NCBI GenBank assembly: GCA_014727975.1 | Contig: WJMK01000017.1 | Coordinates: 3,926 to 67,925 of the forward strand | Direction of reading: 5' to 3' | Source: Candidatus Micrarchaeota archaeon | GTDB taxonomy: Archaea; Micrarchaeota; Micrarchaeia; Anstonellales; Bilamarchaeaceae | Length of the DNA: 64,000 nucleotides | Shown here: one piece after another, positions 7,697 to 15,838 of the stretch | Layout of the letters: every line of letters begins with the position of its first letter | Position numbering within the stretch: position 1 is the stretch's first letter | Position numbers and translations under genes: made by a program | Notes under the pieces: generated by a model | Seen by the model: the letters and a program-made list of their open reading frames with translations, nothing else | What the model was told of the DNA's origin: nothing | Database searches by the model: none

Positions 7697-10600
7697 TTGG
7701 AATTGATGGTTATGTCTGAAAAAAATGGGAACCCGAAATCCGGAAAAGGCAGCGGAACTCTTAGAGATGATGCTGCCCCTCACGGAAGGCCTGCAGGGTC
7801 AAGAAGCTGGGGCAGCATTATCAAGAAATCAACAGTGGCAGCCCCCAGCTCAAGCGAGGATTCCAGCGGCGACATTTCTGAAGCAGTCGAGGGGTTCGCA
7901 GAAGAGCACGCAAGGCAAGACGAGGTTTCCCAGCTTTCAGGCCTGGTTCCGCTCAATAGCTTTCTTGAGGCAGTTGAAGGCGACAAGGAAGTTGCATTTG
8001 TTGATTTTGACGGAACTGAGATAACAAACTTGCACATGAGGGTGATGGAAAGGATGGGCCAGCTAAGGGACCTGAGGGAAAACATTGCCATGGAAGAGGG
8101 GGAAGCCGGACCAGTGGTAACGAAAATCGATGAGGAGCTCCTTATGCTCAAAGCACAGGTCCCACAGGGAACAGACAGCATGCTTGACGGAAGCTCTGTA
8201 CTGTTTGATGTGCGCAGGATAGAAGAGGGCAAGGGGCGCATGCCCAGGGAAAGCGGAGCAGAGGACATAGGGCCCGAGCTCGAAGCAGAAGGCCTGGATG
8301 TGCCTGTGGAAGAAGTGGGTGAAGACGGAGTAGACATTGACCTTGAAGAACTAGAGCGCAGGGACGACCAGAGGATGAGGGGGCTTGGAAGCGCAAGGCA
8401 GGAGCCTGGCGGGCTTGCGCGCACAAGCACATGGCAGGCCCCGCAACCGGACAAAGAGAAAAGGGGAGATGAGCTCAATGACCCCTGGTTCCAGGAAGAA
8501 GAAAGGGGCAGCGAAATCCCTGCAAGAGATTCGATGATTATTGAAGAGAGAGATGCTTATGTTGAAGTTGGCGGAATAAAGATTACCCCACTAACTTCAG
8601 GGGAAGAAAAAAAGATTGAAATGATTGGGGAGCTTATGCCGGAAGAGCTTAGGGAAATGGCGCGTGCAAGGATAAGGCACCTGTCAGGGACCGCATATGA
8701 GAGGGACAGCTGGGCAGAAAACACCCATTTCATCCACCAGGCCAAGGCACTGGAGAAGGAAGCAGAAAAAAGAGCAACAAAAAGGGCAAGGGAGCTCTGG
8801 GATGCAAAAAAAGAGGGAGTTGGCAGTGCCACTGTAGTGAAAAAAAGCGGTGAAAGGGGAGAAAGGAGCCTGCCTGGAATGGGCAGCGGGAGGAGAACAA
8901 ATCCCAAAGGCGCCGAAACCATTGTTGGCAGGGAGGGGGCAAAAATTGCCAAGCCCAAAGCAGGGGATGCCCAGAGCGAGGAATCTGGCCTTAGCAGGAC
9001 CGGCCTTTTCGGGGACCTTGATGATACTGGCATACCCGATCCCACAAAGGAAGGGAGCAGTGCAGAAGTGCTTGGAGACCTTCTTGATGAAGGCAAGCCG
9101 AAGAAAAAGGAAAGGAGGATGCCTACAATAGATATGAAAAGGGGTGAATCAAGGGAGCTTTCAGGACTGGAGAATACAGGGACAGGCCTGCCGAAGCCCA
9201 AAGCAGGGGATGCCAGGGAAGAAGACCAGGGAAGGGAACTAACCGAAGAAGAGATGGCAGCCACAAGGCTCTCAACCCCTACCGGAAGCATGACAACTGC
9301 AGTCACCGAAACACTTGAGGACTTCAGCAGGTATGGGGACATTTATTATGCGCTGGAAAAAACATTCGGGGAAGCCGGAATGAAAAGAAGCGGGCTCCGT
9401 GAGCTGGAGGAGGAGATCGATGAAGCAATTACGCTTATTGATGAGTTAATCGAAAGGGAGGGGGATACTGTTTATGATGGCGACCCTGGGAACGTAAGCC
9501 CGGAAGTAAGGAGAAAGCAAAGGCTGAAGGCATTCAAGAATGAATTCCTTGTAAAGAGGGGGGAAAGCACAGAAAACAGTCTGGAAAAATACCGGCTCTG
9601 GCTTGAGGCAAAGGGAGCAGAATACAAAAAAATAGAAGATGTTTTTGACATACTGGAAATTTCCCCTGGGGAGTACAGCAGGAAGGGTGTGCTCAGGATA
9701 TGCGATATGCACCTTGAGACTGGGGCTCTCGATGATGCCCAGGAAAAGAAGGTAAAAAGGCTAAAGCAGATGCTTGAGCCTGAAGAAGGGGATGATGAGT
9801 TTGCCGCAGAAAGGAACGGAGAGCTGATGCACGAGATGGTAGTTGGCCTTGGCACAAAGAGGGAAAGAATGCTCAGGGGGAAGCAGGTAAGGGAAATCGT
9901 CAGGCTCGAGGGGCAGCTCAGAGAACTAAAAATACGCGTAAATGCGTTCAAGGCAAAGGAAAAGCAGCTGGTCGATATTCTTGTAAAACTCCAGACTTCA
10001 GTGAAAACTTCAGAGAGCAAGATGGAAGGCATGGCAAAATACCTCCCTGAAATAAAGAAGGCGCTGATGGAGCTTGAGCCAGACTACAAGGAAAGGGACA
10101 AGTACATGAAAGCGCTTTTCAGTGGAATCAGGGGTGAAGGGGAACTCGGGGAAATGCTCGATGCAAAAGCAAGGGAGAAAATGGAAAGGAAGATCAGGTT
10201 TGCAAAAAAAGAAGCTGCAGAGGAAGCACTTACCGAAGCTGCAAAGCAGAAAATTAAGTCAAAGAGAAAGGACGTTACAAAAGGGATTGCCATTGCAGGG
10301 CTCCCGGTTGTGGGGGCAGCAATACTTGCAGGGGGACTCTGGCTTGGCCAGCATGGGGTAAAGCTCCCTCTTGGAAACAACAGTGCTGGCGCAGAAAAAG
10401 AAGTGGCTGCAGAAGTGCAGGATGCTGCGGCAGAGGGGGACACTGAAACCTCCCTTCCTGCAGGGGTTGCAGAAATGCCTGATGCAGGGCCCCTGATGGA
10501 GGAAGAGCCTGCTGGTCCAGAGCCTAAAGAAAGCAAAGGGCTTGAAAAAGAGCAGGAAATGGATGTGCAGAAAACAGTCCCTGAAGAGCCGGCTGCGGAA

Positions 10601-11659
10601 GAGGAAGAGCAACAGGTCTCTTACCCGAGGACACCAAATGGGGTGCAGCAGGCGCTTGATGACTGGTGTGCACAGAGGGAAGCGGGAATAAAGAAAGTAC
10701 AGGAAGAGATGGAAGCAAAAGGGGAAAAGAGAAGAGTATTTGTATCAACCGGAATGATAAGGGCTGCATACAGGGCAATAGAGCCCCAGCTTAAGGGGCG
10801 CACAAACCCTTACGACATCGGAAGGTGGGAGAAAAGGCTCCTGAAGATGAAATACCCAAACAAGCTTGTGGAAGCAGTAATCATGACAGACCTCTGGACA
10901 ACTGATATTCCGGCAGAAGCAAAATATGCTGCAGGGGTAAGGCTATCTTTCCTCCTGGGCAGAAGGGCAGGCAGGCCAAAATACGATTTCAAGAAGCAGT
11001 GGAAAGAGGCAAAGGAAGCAGGGATTGTGCTTCCGGAACTCGATGAGGGGACCCTCCTGGGTGATGTGGAGAGCACAGGGCGGGCAGTTGCAAGATGCGG
11101 TTCTGCTTCACTTATGAAAAGCGTTGTATCCAAGATGGAAAACATCAAAGAGCAGGCAACCAGGGAAAGCAAGGATGAAGAGCGCAAATTCATGAAAAAG
11201 GTAAGGAAATACCTTGGGAAAAGGGCCCGCAGAATACTGAAACTCTGGGAACACTCAGTGGATGAAGGAAAATTCGAATCAAGAAGGGATGTTTGCAGGA
11301 CGGCCACAAGGGGGAAGAGCGGAAGTGATGCTGTTGAGAGGAGTGTTGAAGTAGACACCTACTGGGGAAAGCTTGCAAAAAAGAGGAGCCAGAAAAGAAG
11401 GAAGGCCAGGGAAGAGGCAGAAGAAATTACTTCTGATGCAATAAGCCCTGAAGCAGAACAGACCGTTTCCCCTCCGCCAAAAAAGAAAAAGAAGGCAAAG
11501 AAAAGCCCTTGCAAAGGGCTTGAAGGCACAGCATACTACGAGTGCGTGCACAGCAGGAACCAGAGGCCTAGAAAGGACAACGGGGAGAAAAGGATGCATG
11601 CGCCCAAAAACAAAGGCTTTGGCAGCGTTTCCAAGGCAAAGCGGCACGTCCGAAACTAA
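7697..11659 (+). CDS. giant (about 1320 aa) highly charged orphan protein with one central TM segment
   Basis: Uninterrupted ORF, E/K/R/D-rich and predicted to be largely disordered or coiled. One hydrophobic segment (GIAIAGLPVVGAAILAGGLWLG). Basic K/R tail. The start may be TTG 7697 or ATG 7706/7712. Confidence 0.6.
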   Translation: MELMVMSEKNGNPKSGKGSGTLRDDAAPHGRPAGSRSWGSIIKKSTVAAPSSSEDSSGDISEAVEGFAEEHARQDEVSQLSGLVPLNSFLEAVEGDKEVAFVDFDGTEITNLHMRVMERMGQLRDLRENIAMEEGEAGPVVTKIDEELLMLKAQVPQGTDSMLDGSSVLFDVRRIEEGKGRMPRESGAEDIGPELEAEGLDVPVEEVGEDGVDIDLEELERRDDQRMRGLGSARQEPGGLARTSTWQAPQPDKEKRGDELNDPWFQEEERGSEIPARDSMIIEERDAYVEVGGIKITPLTSGEEKKIEMIGELMPEELREMARARIRHLSGTAYERDSWAENTHFIHQAKALEKEAEKRATKRARELWDAKKEGVGSATVVKKSGERGERSLPGMGSGRRTNPKGAETIVGREGAKIAKPKAGDAQSEESGLSRTGLFGDLDDTGIPDPTKEGSSAEVLGDLLDEGKPKKKERRMPTIDMKRGESRELSGLENTGTGLPKPKAGDAREEDQGRELTEEEMAATRLSTPTGSMTTAVTETLEDFSRYGDIYYALEKTFGEAGMKRSGLRELEEEIDEAITLIDELIEREGDTVYDGDPGNVSPEVRRKQRLKAFKNEFLVKRGESTENSLEKYRLWLEAKGAEYKKIEDVFDILEISPGEYSRKGVLRICDMHLETGALDDAQEKKVKRLKQMLEPEEGDDEFAAERNGELMHEMVVGLGTKRERMLRGKQVREIVRLEGQLRELKIRVNAFKAKEKQLVDILVKLQTSVKTSESKMEGMAKYLPEIKKALMELEPDYKERDKYMKALFSGIRGEGELGEMLDAKAREKMERKIRFAKKEAAEEALTEAAKQKIKSKRKDVTKGIAIAGLPVVGAAILAGGLWLGQHGVKLPLGNNSAGAEKEVAAEVQDAAAEGDTETSLPAGVAEMPDAGPLMEEEPAGPEPKESKGLEKEQEMDVQKTVPEEPAAEEEEQQVSYPRTPNGVQQALDDWCAQREAGIKKVQEEMEAKGEKRRVFVSTGMIRAAYRAIEPQLKGRTNPYDIGRWEKRLLKMKYPNKLVEAVIMTDLWTTDIPAEAKYAAGVRLSFLLGRRAGRPKYDFKKQWKEAKEAGIVLPELDEGTLLGDVESTGRAVARCGSASLMKSVVSKMENIKEQATRESKDEERKFMKKVRKYLGKRARRILKLWEHSVDEGKFESRRDVCRTATRGKSGSDAVERSVEVDTYWGKLAKKRSQKRRKAREEAEEITSDAISPEAEQTVSPPPKKKKKAKKSPCKGLEGTAYYECVHSRNQRPRKDNGEKRMHAPKNKGFGSVSKAKRHVRN

Positions 11660-11680
11660 TCCTTTTCTTTTTTATAATCC

Positions 11681-11690
11681 TTTTAATTAA
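11681..11690 (+). promoter_or_regulatory. TATA-like box for tRNA-Arg
   Basis: TTTTAATTAA is centred about 27 nt upstream of the tRNA 5' end at 11713. It is embedded in a T-rich stretch that could also terminate the upstream giant ORF. Confidence 0.45.
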
Positions 11691-11712
11691 GGTAGTGCTG
11701 TAAATTAACTAA

Positions 11713-11812
11713 GGGCCCGTGGCGCAACCTGGATAGCGCGGCTGGCTTCGGATGCCTTCTCCTGATTGCAGGGGAAACCAGCAGGTTGCGGGTTCGAATC
11801 CCGTCGGGCCCA
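11713..11812 (+). tRNA. tRNA-Arg (anticodon UCG) with a ~25-nt intron at the canonical 37/38 position
   Basis: Folded by hand as follows. Acceptor GGGCCCG/CGGGCCC. D arm GCGC-AACCTGGATA-GCGC. Anticodon stem GCTGG/CCAGC, interrupted after CTTCGG by about 25 nt (11752-11776). T arm GCGGG-TTCGAAT-CCCGT. Discriminator A. No encoded CCA. Confidence 0.85.
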
Positions 11813-11814
11813 CT

Positions 11815-12387
11815 ATGGAAATCACGGAAAAGGAACTGCAGGAAACTTTCTCCAGGATGAAAATCCCGGAGAATATCCGCCTGTTCATGATAACCGAAAA
11901 GATGTATGTGCGGATATACAGGGGGAAGGTCGCCTGGAGGCTGCTTTCAGAAGAATTTGAGTTTGTGCGGAAGCTGGAGTGTGAAAGGGGGGAGATACTG
12001 GACCTTTTCTCAAAGATGGAATTCCTGGTGAACGAGCTTATCCAGCTGCAGCTGCTGGGGGCAAATTCAGCAGAGGCAGGAAAGCTGGATGACCTGCTTG
12101 GGAATGTTGATTTTTTCAGCAGGCTGAAAATGCTCAGGAAATGGGGTGCCCTAGACAACAAAACAGTGGAAATGGTAAACCAGACCAGGCAGGTAAGGAA
12201 TGGGTTTGCGCATGCGTGGGGAACTGCGGAAGTGCGGTACAAGGAAAAGCCGATAGAAGAAAACTTTGGGAAGTTCAAGCAGGACATGGAAGAAATCTGG
12301 AAAGCGCTGGTGGACGTTTATTCTATAGAGCAGAAGAAATATGATGTTTCAGGAATATTCAGGAGGATAAGGGAGGAGAACAAGTAG
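11815..12387 (+). CDS. HEPN-motif protein (putative RNase/toxin-like), 190 aa
   Basis: The ATG at 11815 lies 3 nt after the tRNA. Helical protein with an Rx4H motif (RNGFAH, nt 12196-12213) in the context TRQVRNGFAHAWG. The upstream extension in the ORF track (from 11752) overlaps the tRNA and is rejected. Confidence 0.55.
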   Translation: MEITEKELQETFSRMKIPENIRLFMITEKMYVRIYRGKVAWRLLSEEFEFVRKLECERGEILDLFSKMEFLVNELIQLQLLGANSAEAGKLDDLLGNVDFFSRLKMLRKWGALDNKTVEMVNQTRQVRNGFAHAWGTAEVRYKEKPIEENFGKFKQDMEEIWKALVDVYSIEQKKYDVSGIFRRIREENK

Positions 12388-12394
12388 CCTATTC

Positions 12395-13069
12395 TTAATA
12401 TTGGAAAGAATAGATGAATTCATCTCCTGTTTCTGAAGGAAGGGGATCATACACAAGGCGGAGGGTTCCATGGATAGGGTCGGTTTCCTTATCGATTTGT
12501 ATCCAGACTTCTCCGGAAACAGCCTGGCCGGGCTGCAGGTACTTTGTGTCCAGCAGTAGCTCCTGGTAGTTGTCCCTGCAGGAATAGTAGGGGAGGACAG
12601 AATCAGGGGAATGTTTGTAGCCTTCGGCATCAAGAAGGTAAAATCTGGGGTAGCTTACGAACTGGCTGCGGTTAAGGGTGTTCTTGGCCTTTGTCTCAAA
12701 AACAAGGTAATAGCTGTAATCCTCGCTGTCTGAAAACCCTATGCAGCGCCTCTCTTCCAGGAAATCTGCCTGAAGCTGCAATCCATTAAGGGAAAGTGTC
12801 TCGCCCAATGGGGCAGCAGGGCAGTCAATATCAGTGATTGCGGTGCACCCATCTGGGCAGCATCCGTCCCCTGGGCTGCAGGAACTTACCTGGGAGCAGG
12901 AAGGGGGGAGAGGCTGTGCAGGAGGGGGCTCCTTGGGCTCGCTTTCTGTGGCATTTCCGGCTGCAGGAAGAGGCGTATCCGGGGGTGTGCTGGGCAGGAC
13001 CAATAGAACTGATGCGGCCAGTGCAAGCAGGAAGAGCATAGGCAATAGTGAATAAGCATCAAACTTCAT
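12395..13069 (-). CDS. secreted protein with Pro/Cys-rich linker and a DUF4352-like beta domain
   Basis: Start taken at MKFDAYSLLPMLFLLALAASVLL (signal/TM). Followed by a PPDTPLP...CSQVSSCSPGDGCCPDGC linker, then a beta-rich C-terminal domain. Confidence 0.6.
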   Translation of the reverse strand: MKFDAYSLLPMLFLLALAASVLLVLPSTPPDTPLPAAGNATESEPKEPPPAQPLPPSCSQVSSCSPGDGCCPDGCTAITDIDCPAAPLGETLSLNGLQLQADFLEERRCIGFSDSEDYSYYLVFETKAKNTLNRSQFVSYPRFYLLDAEGYKHSPDSVLPYYSCRDNYQELLLDTKYLQPGQAVSGEVWIQIDKETDPIHGTLRLVYDPLPSETGDEFIYSFQY

Positions 13070-13113
13070 GATAAGGATTTGGGAAAAAGAAAATAAAAAG
13101 AGTGGGTTTTCCA

Positions 13114-14829
13114 CTAGTTCTTTTTTGCTTTTGTCTTTTCTTCCTTGTCCCCTTTCTTGCGCATAAGGAAGTAAACAACAATGAGCACAACTACAAGCAG
13201 GAGCAGCCCGAGCAGGAGCATCGGGTCAATGCCTTCTGGCTCGAGTATCTCGACCGGTGTTTCCATGCTGTTGTCAAGGAAGCCTTCCCTCCCCCCATAT
13301 TCGGTAAGAACATGCATCTCAATGGTGGGCAGTTCATCCTCAGTAACAAGGAGCCCGGCAACGCGGACCACAGTGCTCTGGCCCGGGTCAAGGGTCCTGA
13401 CTTCTGTATCGTCCACTGTTGAGCTTGAAACATCACTGGAATAAAGCACCGAAGTGCGGAGGTAAACCGGCTCTTCCCCGCTGTTTGAGTATTTTACGGA
13501 AACTGCGTCCGCATCCGGGGAATAAGTTGCAGTGAGGACTTCAAGTGAAGAATCATCCACAAAAGAGACTACGCCCATATCCACATAGGCATTCAGTGCT
13601 TTCTCATAGTTGTACTTTGAAGAGCTGAAATAGGTTGTGAGGTTTCCTGTGAGGGTGCCCGGGTTTTCCACATTGAGCGGATAAGAGAAGCCCTTTGTTT
13701 CATCCCTTGCGAGCAGCTGTGCTTCAGAGTCACCAACAGAGCCTATAAGCTCCCCATCTGAATACACATTAAGCGAGGAAGTGACGTATGTGGCTATGGA
13801 GCCCTTGTTTTCAAGTATTATCTCGACTTCCCCTTTTGCAGTGTTATACTGGATCTTGGAAAGGCCCACATCAAGCACAACTGCTGGAAGCGGATAGCTG
13901 GAGAGGGGCTGGACTTCCCCGGGCTTGGATGAAGCGGCCTGTCCCATCTTCACAAAAACTGAAAACCTTTTTTCTTCAAAGTTTTCATTTATCCTCTTCA
14001 TGAGGTCGTATGCTGCAGAGGTGTAGTCCGGCTTTACAAGAATGGATGATGAAACCTCCCCTGAATTCACCAGGGAGTAAATCAGGTCATAAGTAGAAGT
14101 TGGGATTGTATTGGAGATAAGGAATATGGGGAACTCCCCTTCAGTTACAGATGGCTCAAAGAAAGTGCCGTCTGCAAAAACAATTTGCTTGTTTGCGTCA
14201 TAATTCGCAAAAAAGTTTTCCACAAGCTCATTGTTGTCCAGGTACTTGTCCCCGTTCTCTATCTGCTCGTGGGTGATGCCTGAGGAAGAAAGGGAATCAA
14301 GGACTTCCTGGTCCACGGTGCCGTAAACAAGCACAGGCCCGGAAGCCTGGGAAGAAATGAAATTGGAAACCTCTCCTGCGTTCTTCTTTGTCGCAAAAAG
14401 AACATATGAGCCCGAGTGCTTTGCATAAGAAAACAAAACAACAAGGTTGTAGCTATAGGCGGGGTCGGCAATTATGAAGGAGTCTGTCCCCGAGCGCTCT
14501 GCAAGCTCAAGGTTAAAGGAAAACGAATCGGAAGAAACAAGCTTCTCAGTCACTGTTGCGCCGTTGTTCTGTAGGGCGCTTTGGTAGCTTGCGTGCACAG
14601 GCTGGGTTTCAGACTCAATAAGGATGAGGCTTTTGGGGCCTACCTGGAGGACAGCATCCTGCAGATTTGTGGACGGGTAAACATAATAGAGATCATCTCC
14701 AACAACATTTGCATAAAATGCAGCAGAAGCAACATCCTTGTAATCAAGTGAATTGACCACTACCTGTGTTGCGCTGGAAAAGGCGCACAGAAAAACTAAT
14801 AAACCAAGGAATAAACTATACCTCCCCAT
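13114..14829 (-). CDS. surface protein: signal peptide, repeat/CARDB-like domains, C-terminal TM anchor with Lys-rich tail
   Basis: N-terminal signal MGRYSLFLGLLVFLCAFSSA. C-terminus MLLLGLLLLVVVLIVVYFLMRKKGDKEEKTKAKKN. Middle segments resemble CARDB/Ig-like beta domains. Confidence 0.65.
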   Translation of the reverse strand: MGRYSLFLGLLVFLCAFSSATQVVVNSLDYKDVASAAFYANVVGDDLYYVYPSTNLQDAVLQVGPKSLILIESETQPVHASYQSALQNNGATVTEKLVSSDSFSFNLELAERSGTDSFIIADPAYSYNLVVLFSYAKHSGSYVLFATKKNAGEVSNFISSQASGPVLVYGTVDQEVLDSLSSSGITHEQIENGDKYLDNNELVENFFANYDANKQIVFADGTFFEPSVTEGEFPIFLISNTIPTSTYDLIYSLVNSGEVSSSILVKPDYTSAAYDLMKRINENFEEKRFSVFVKMGQAASSKPGEVQPLSSYPLPAVVLDVGLSKIQYNTAKGEVEIILENKGSIATYVTSSLNVYSDGELIGSVGDSEAQLLARDETKGFSYPLNVENPGTLTGNLTTYFSSSKYNYEKALNAYVDMGVVSFVDDSSLEVLTATYSPDADAVSVKYSNSGEEPVYLRTSVLYSSDVSSSTVDDTEVRTLDPGQSTVVRVAGLLVTEDELPTIEMHVLTEYGGREGFLDNSMETPVEILEPEGIDPMLLLGLLLLVVVLIVVYFLMRKKGDKEEKTKAKKN

Positions 14830-14918
14830 GAATAGTTTTTCTAAGGAAACCTATATAAATATTGTCCGGATCGGGAACGAGAGCAGGAATATAAAGGTTG
14901 GGAGGCAAAAAACAACGC

Positions 14919-15827
14919 ATGGAAGAAGAAGCTCCAGAGGCAAGCATGGAAGAGTTCAGGGAAGCCGGGAAAATAGGGGCAAAGGTCAGGGAAGAAAGCA
15001 AGAAACTGATAAATATAGGGGAGGGAATCCTGGACATCGCCGAGACAATAGAAGGAATGATAAGGGAGGAGGGAGCGGAGCCTGCTTTTCCAGCAAACGT
15101 TTCAGTAAATGAGATCGCTGCGCACTATACTCCTGAATTTGAGGATGGTGCAGTCATAGGGGAAAATGATGTAGTCAAGGTGGATATGGGGGCCGAATTA
15201 AACGGAGCATTGTCGGATACTGCCTACACCATAGACCTGAGCGGAAAGCATGGAAAGCTCGTGGAGGCTTCGGAAAAGGCCCTGGAAAGCGCAATAAGCA
15301 ACATGAGGGCAGGAGTAAGCATAGGCGAGATCGGCGGAATTATAGAAGAGAAGATAAAGGAATATGGGTTTAAGCCTGTTGCAAACCTCACCGGGCACCG
15401 CATAAAAACAGGGATGCTCCACAGCGGAATAGATGTTCCCTCAATCAAGACTGATGACCCTTACCAGCTGCAGGAAGGGGAGGTTTATGCGATAGAGCCA
15501 TTTGCAACAGATGGGAAGGGTTTTGTTTCTGACACTGACCAGGTTGAAATATTCAGCCTCTACATGCCGGGAAGGCTAAGGATGAGGCAGTCAAGGAAGC
15601 TGCTCAACCACATCATTTCAAACTACGGAATGCTCCCTTTTGCAGAAAGATGGCTCATGGGAGAATTCAAGTCCAAGCTGCTGCTGAAAAATGCGCTTAA
15701 GGAGATGTTAAGGATGCAGGTGATAAAGGGCTACCCTGTGCTCAAGGAAGCAGGGGGAGGCCTAGTCTCACAGGCGGAGCATACGCTGCTCATAAAAGAA
15801 GATGGGGCGGAAGTCCTTACAAAATAA
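14919..15827 (+). CDS. map: methionine aminopeptidase, type 2 (archaeal)
   Basis: M24 motifs: AFPANVSVNEIAAHYTP, VKVDMGA, LTGHRI, YAIEPFAT, QAEHT. The ATG at 14919 is preferred over the TTG at 14898. Confidence 0.95.
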   Translation: MEEEAPEASMEEFREAGKIGAKVREESKKLINIGEGILDIAETIEGMIREEGAEPAFPANVSVNEIAAHYTPEFEDGAVIGENDVVKVDMGAELNGALSDTAYTIDLSGKHGKLVEASEKALESAISNMRAGVSIGEIGGIIEEKIKEYGFKPVANLTGHRIKTGMLHSGIDVPSIKTDDPYQLQEGEVYAIEPFATDGKGFVSDTDQVEIFSLYMPGRLRMRQSRKLLNHIISNYGMLPFAERWLMGEFKSKLLLKNALKEMLRMQVIKGYPVLKEAGGGLVSQAEHTLLIKEDGAEVLTK

Positions 15828-15838
15828 TTCGTTTACTG

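Noticed and set aside
11752-11814. Upstream extension of the HEPN-motif ORF (track start 11752)
   Set aside because: It lies inside the tRNA-Arg gene (intron and 3' half). The ATG at 11815 just after the tRNA is the plausible start.
11660-12400. Integrated mobile element at the tRNA-Arg gene
   Set aside because: No integrase or transposase was found, and no duplicated tRNA 3' segment or obvious compositional island. Only a single HEPN-motif gene follows the tRNA.
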